From: Bacteroidetes bacterium GWF2_38_335
Lineage (GTDB): Bacteria; Bacteroidota; Bacteroidia; Bacteroidales; GWF2-38-335
Direction of reading: 5' to 3'
Length of the DNA: 64,000 nucleotides
Assembly: GCA_001769535.1 (NCBI GenBank)
Contig: MEOH01000019.1
Span: 65,787 to 129,786 of the forward strand
In this document: piece after piece, positions 62,611 through 64,000 of the stretch
Numbering within the stretch: the first letter of the stretch is position 1
How the letters are laid out: every line of letters starts with the position of its first letter
Program-made: the position numbers and the translations under genes
The notes under the pieces: generated by a model
What the model was told of the DNA's origin: nothing
Seen by the model: only the letters and a program-made list of their open reading frames with translations
Databases searched by the model: none

Positions 62611-63795
62611 TTACGGATTTGTTCCAACGTCACCTGCTGCATTACCGGTAAAAGTGTTTCCTGTACTTTCAGCTGACAGGGCTCCGGTACCTCTCAAAGT
62701 AATTCCATAGTTTTCGCTGTTAGAAATAGTACTGTTTTTAATTGTTACATCACAATTTTCAATAGAAACGTTGCCGCTGTAATAAGTATCATGTCCGCCG
62801 AAACTTACATTGCAATAAGTAAGGTTACAACCGGAATGAGCGTTTTCTCTGAAAACTATTCCGTACCATGCGCCAGGATCAGGTGTTGAAACGGATGTTG
62901 TAAAAATGATCGGCATGGCTGCCGTTCCGGCTGCATTAAGGAATCCGCTGGCATCATATCCTACGCTCAGGGTTGCGTTGCTTCCAAATTTAAAAGTAAC
63001 ACCGGGGGCCACGTTCATTTTGCCTGTGAGCTCAATGTTCTCGCTGTCTCCTATATAATATGGTATGTTAATGTTTTTAATTGTAGCATCAGCAAGGTTG
63101 TAATTTCCTGAAACATAAATTCCTTTACCTGTACTGCAGGAAATTGTATTTGATTCTGAAAGCTGAGTGGCAAAATTAATGGGCAGTTTAATGGCATGAC
63201 CGGTGTTTCCGGTTATTGTATTTCCTGTGAATGATGCAAAACCATCAGAAGCTGTACCGTCATACATGAAAATTGTATAATTACCTGCATTATTGGTAAA
63301 TGTGCTGTTGGTAAGGGTTACTTTGCAGTTGGCAATATGAAACGAACCATAATATTCATCACCACCTGAATATTTTACATTGCAGTAATTAAAAATCGTT
63401 CCGCTCTGGGTATTGTCATAGCAACGTATTCCGCTCCAGGCACCCGCTGTTGGCATTGCTGCCGATGAGGTAAAAGTAATTGGTTTTTCGGCAGTCCCGT
63501 TGGCAATAATTGTTCCGGCTGCATTGTAGCCAACTGTAATACACGAACCAGCAGTAAACTTTATGGTTGTTCCCGGTTCAATGGTAAGCACACCGCCATT
63601 GTCCACATCAAGTGAACCATCTACAAGGTAGGTGTTCTCAGCCAGCCAGGTGACATTGGTATTGATTTCACCGTTTACAGTGATGGTTTGAGGCACGATG
63701 GGATCATCGTCATCATCATCTTTATCCTTTTTACAGGAACTGAGCACTACTACAACTCCGATAAGGAGCATTAAAATGAAATTTGTTTTTTTCAT
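62611..63795 (-). CDS. surface lipoprotein with duplicated right-handed beta-helix-like module
   Basis: Lipobox VLSSC followed by KKDKDDDDDD (acidic surface-export-type tract). There are two homologous halves. One reads GTTIKFTAGSCITVGYNAAGTIIANGTAEKPITFTS...GAWSGI...NYCNVKYSGG. The other reads GVTFKFGSNATLSVGYDASGFLNAAGTAAMPIIFTT...GAWYGI...TYCNVSFGGH. Confidence 0.7.
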   Translation of the reverse strand: MKKTNFILMLLIGVVVVLSSCKKDKDDDDDDPIVPQTITVNGEINTNVTWLAENTYLVDGSLDVDNGGVLTIEPGTTIKFTAGSCITVGYNAAGTIIANGTAEKPITFTSSAAMPTAGAWSGIRCYDNTQSGTIFNYCNVKYSGGDEYYGSFHIANCKVTLTNSTFTNNAGNYTIFMYDGTASDGFASFTGNTITGNTGHAIKLPINFATQLSESNTISCSTGKGIYVSGNYNLADATIKNINIPYYIGDSENIELTGKMNVAPGVTFKFGSNATLSVGYDASGFLNAAGTAAMPIIFTTSVSTPDPGAWYGIVFRENAHSGCNLTYCNVSFGGHDTYYSGNVSIENCDVTIKNSTISNSENYGITLRGTGALSAESTGNTFTGNAAGDVGTNP

Positions 63796-63813
63796 GGCAC
63801 GAAAGTTTAAAAA

Positions 63814-64000
63814 TTAAAATTTATAATTGATTCCTATTGTTAAATATGCAATTCCATAACCCACCTCGGCAAATCCCCCGAGATTTTCAGTAAAATAGTA
63901 TCTGCCTCCGGCAAAAAAAGTCGTATTCAGATAACTGTTTTGAGAATAGGTATGTTGATAATCGTAATAAGTCGGATCATTGGTTTTTTCGGAGAACTTG
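63814..64000 (-). CDS. outer-membrane beta-barrel (porin-family-like) protein, 3' end only
   Basis: The minus-strand frame is open from the window edge to TAA (63814-63816). It reads ...YYDYQHTYSQNSYLNTTFFAGGRYYFTENLGGFAEVGYGIAYLTIGINYKF*, with an alternating beta pattern and a terminal aromatic. It is not in the ORF track because no start codon lies within the window. Confidence 0.5.
   Translation of the reverse strand, partial: KFSEKTNDPTYYDYQHTYSQNSYLNTTFFAGGRYYFTENLGGFAEVGYGIAYLTIGINYKF

Noticed and set aside
1-64000. tRNA, rRNA or tmRNA genes
   Set aside because: Scanning the intergenic regions by eye, I found no cloverleaf-compatible segment (GTTCRANNC T-loop with matching acceptor stems) and no rRNA-like conserved blocks. 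A tRNAscan or Infernal run would be needed for certainty.

Overview
AT-rich 64-kb window with the hallmarks of a Bacteroidota chromosome: T9SS C-terminal sorting domains, GldJ/GldM-type and GH97/SusB-type genes, lipoprotein and ...FSQ/...AQ signal peptides, and TAnnTTTG -7 promoter boxes. I count about 40 protein genes. I saw no rRNA, tRNA or CRISPR array. Left third: a 2-oxoacid dehydrogenase E2, three tandem TPR/PD40/OmpA paralogs, a GNAT, a TPR histidine kinase with a LytTR regulator, a BNR lipoprotein, and a plug-only TonB-receptor-like gene with an ECF sigma/anti-sigma pair. Middle: a cobalamin-riboswitch-controlled TonB-receptor operon whose accessory proteins carry T9SS sorting domains, an IS200-like/RAYT gene beside GTAG-type REP palindromes, a GldJ-like gene, a propeller-SpoIIE sensor phosphatase and a GH97. 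Right third (38.5-59 kb) is the most unusual part. It holds four signal-peptide-bearing caspase-fold proteins (three TPR-CHAT, one WD40-caspase), a TPR-TM-PP2C sensor phosphatase that appears operonic with two of the CHAT genes, a CGPC thioredoxin, two GldM-C-terminal-only proteins and a small inserted cassette. This island is punctuated and bracketed by a family of structured non-coding repeats with heptanucleotide microsatellite arms. All calls come from manual reading of the ORF track and the nucleotide sequence. No searches were run, and repeat and motif coordinates were placed by eye.
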